A stretch of 64,000 nt of DNA from an uncultured Bacilli bacterium (GTDB taxonomy: Bacteria > Bacillota_I > Bacilli_A > RF39 > UBA660), in the NCBI GenBank assembly GCA_934101425.1, contig CAKOQQ010000001.1:35781-99780 (forward strand), read 5' to 3'. Position 1 is the stretch's first letter; each line of letters opens with the position of its first letter. This document shows, piece by piece, positions 63,543 to 64,000 of this stretch. The position numbers and the translations under genes were made by a program. The notes below the pieces were generated by a model, which searched no databases, had not been told where the DNA came from, and saw only the letters and a list, made by a program, of their open reading frames with translations.

Positions 63543-64000
63543 TATCGTTTGCATTTAATATCTTTTTTCTTAATCTTATACTATTTGGTGTAACTTCTAC
63601 AAGTTCATCAAAATTTATATAATCAAGAGCATATTCTAGACTAATTGGTCTTGGTCTTTTTAAGACTACTGTATGATCTGAACCAGCAGCTCTTGTATTA
63701 GTTAATTGTTTACCTTTTACTGGGTTAACAGCTAAATCATTATCTCTAGAACATTCTCCAACTATTTCTCCTTCATATACATCTACACCAGGTCCTACAA
63801 ACATGGTTCCTCTATCTTCTAATAATCCTAATGCATATGCAGTTGTTTTACCATTTTCCATAGAAACTAATACCCCTTCTTTTCTTTCTACAGTAATATT
63901 ATTTTCGTATGGAAGATATTCTTTAAAGCTATGATTCATAATTCCATAACCTTTAGTAATATTCATAAATTCAGTTGCAAATCCAATTAAGCTTCTAGAT
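63517..64000 (-). CDS. typA: Translational GTPase TypA/BipA, C-terminal portion (the gene continues beyond the window)
   Basis: ...KQLTNTRAAGSDHTVVLKRPRPISLEYALDYINFDELVEVTPNSIRLRKKIL matches the BipA C-terminus. The 5' end lies off the window edge. Confidence 0.75.
   Translation of the reverse strand, partial: SRSLIGFATEFMNITKGYGIMNHSFKEYLPYENNITVERKEGVLVSMENGKTTAYALGLLEDRGTMFVGPGVDVYEGEIVGECSRDNDLAVNPVKGKQLTNTRAAGSDHTVVLKRPRPISLEYALDYINFDELVEVTPNSIRLRKKILNANDRKKAMLRS

Noticed and set aside
1-64000. Considered a Mollicutes-like origin or an alternative genetic code, because of the extreme AT-richness
   Set aside because: TGA terminates many well-conserved genes at their expected lengths, and TGG is the only Trp codon. 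Sporulation genes (cotJ, cotZ, cwlD-like) point to an endospore-forming Firmicute.

Overview
This window is very AT-rich (by eye roughly 27-30% GC) and uses the standard genetic code, since TGA/TAA/TAG act as stops and TGG alone encodes Trp. It comes from a spore-forming Firmicute of the Clostridia type: it carries cotJA/B-cotJC, a CotY/CotZ-family coat protein and a CwlD-like amidase. Almost every gene is on the minus strand.

The layout, left to right:
- 1..7833: the complete S10-spc ribosomal protein cluster, rpsJ through rplR. The start codon of the next gene, probably rpsE, is cut by the window edge at 1..16. An S10-type leader and a consensus sigma-A promoter sit at 7834..7995.
- 9166..19373: an origin-proximal block, rpsF-ssb-rpsR, ychF, DUF951, mscS, parB, parA. 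It is interleaved with two paralogous modules, each a membrane-anchored peptidoglycan hydrolase followed by a lipoprotein.
- Seven type-IV-pilin-like genes, each with a class III signal sequence of the form KKGFTL(I/V)ELLAVIVIL. No pilus assembly genes (pilB, pilC, pilD, pilMNO) are present in the window. They fall into three kinds:
  - three copies of about 300 aa sharing a near-identical first 125 aa (8027..8950, 38575..39474, 44825..45733);
  - a tandem triplication of about 420-aa pilin-like proteins with a DUF5011 Ig-like domain and a DUF1566 lectin-like domain (32406..36332), each with its own perfect TTGACT-17-TATAAT promoter and its own terminator;
  - one 537-aa pilin (19828..21441) whose body contains two copies of the flagellin D1 N- and C-terminal helices. 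One stretch, AEGALTETHGILQ, is nearly identical to Bacillus Hag. This looks like a pilin-flagellin chimera and is the most striking object in the window.
- 8972..9151 and 45758..45932: two of the about 300-aa pilin genes are preceded by a conserved leader made of a TTTACA-17-TATACT promoter, an RBS plus a 19-21 aa upstream ORF starting MANT, and a hairpin followed by a U-tract.
- Other notable items:
  - an operon at 55775..59900 encoding a TIGR03916-type radical SAM protein, a DUF4130 protein, a divergent truncated GroEL paralog and a YkgJ-type CxxCxxCC protein;
  - a 968-aa protein (21760..24666) with a long coiled coil, one transmembrane segment and 14 tandem DPTPVTP repeats, next to a Cys-rich type II membrane protein;
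  - an Abi_2 abortive-infection gene (28514..29443);
  - a SAM-I riboswitch upstream of metK (53990..54115);
  - tRNA-His (59917..59993);
  - a radical SAM/SPASM protein beside an LtaS-like gene (47679..48470);
  - a calcium-type P-type ATPase (41744..44356);
  - divergent XRE regulators (63021..63508);
  - ddl (62112..63035);
  - the C-terminal end of typA, cut by the window edge (63517..64000).

Spurious antisense ORFs from the six-frame track have been left out.
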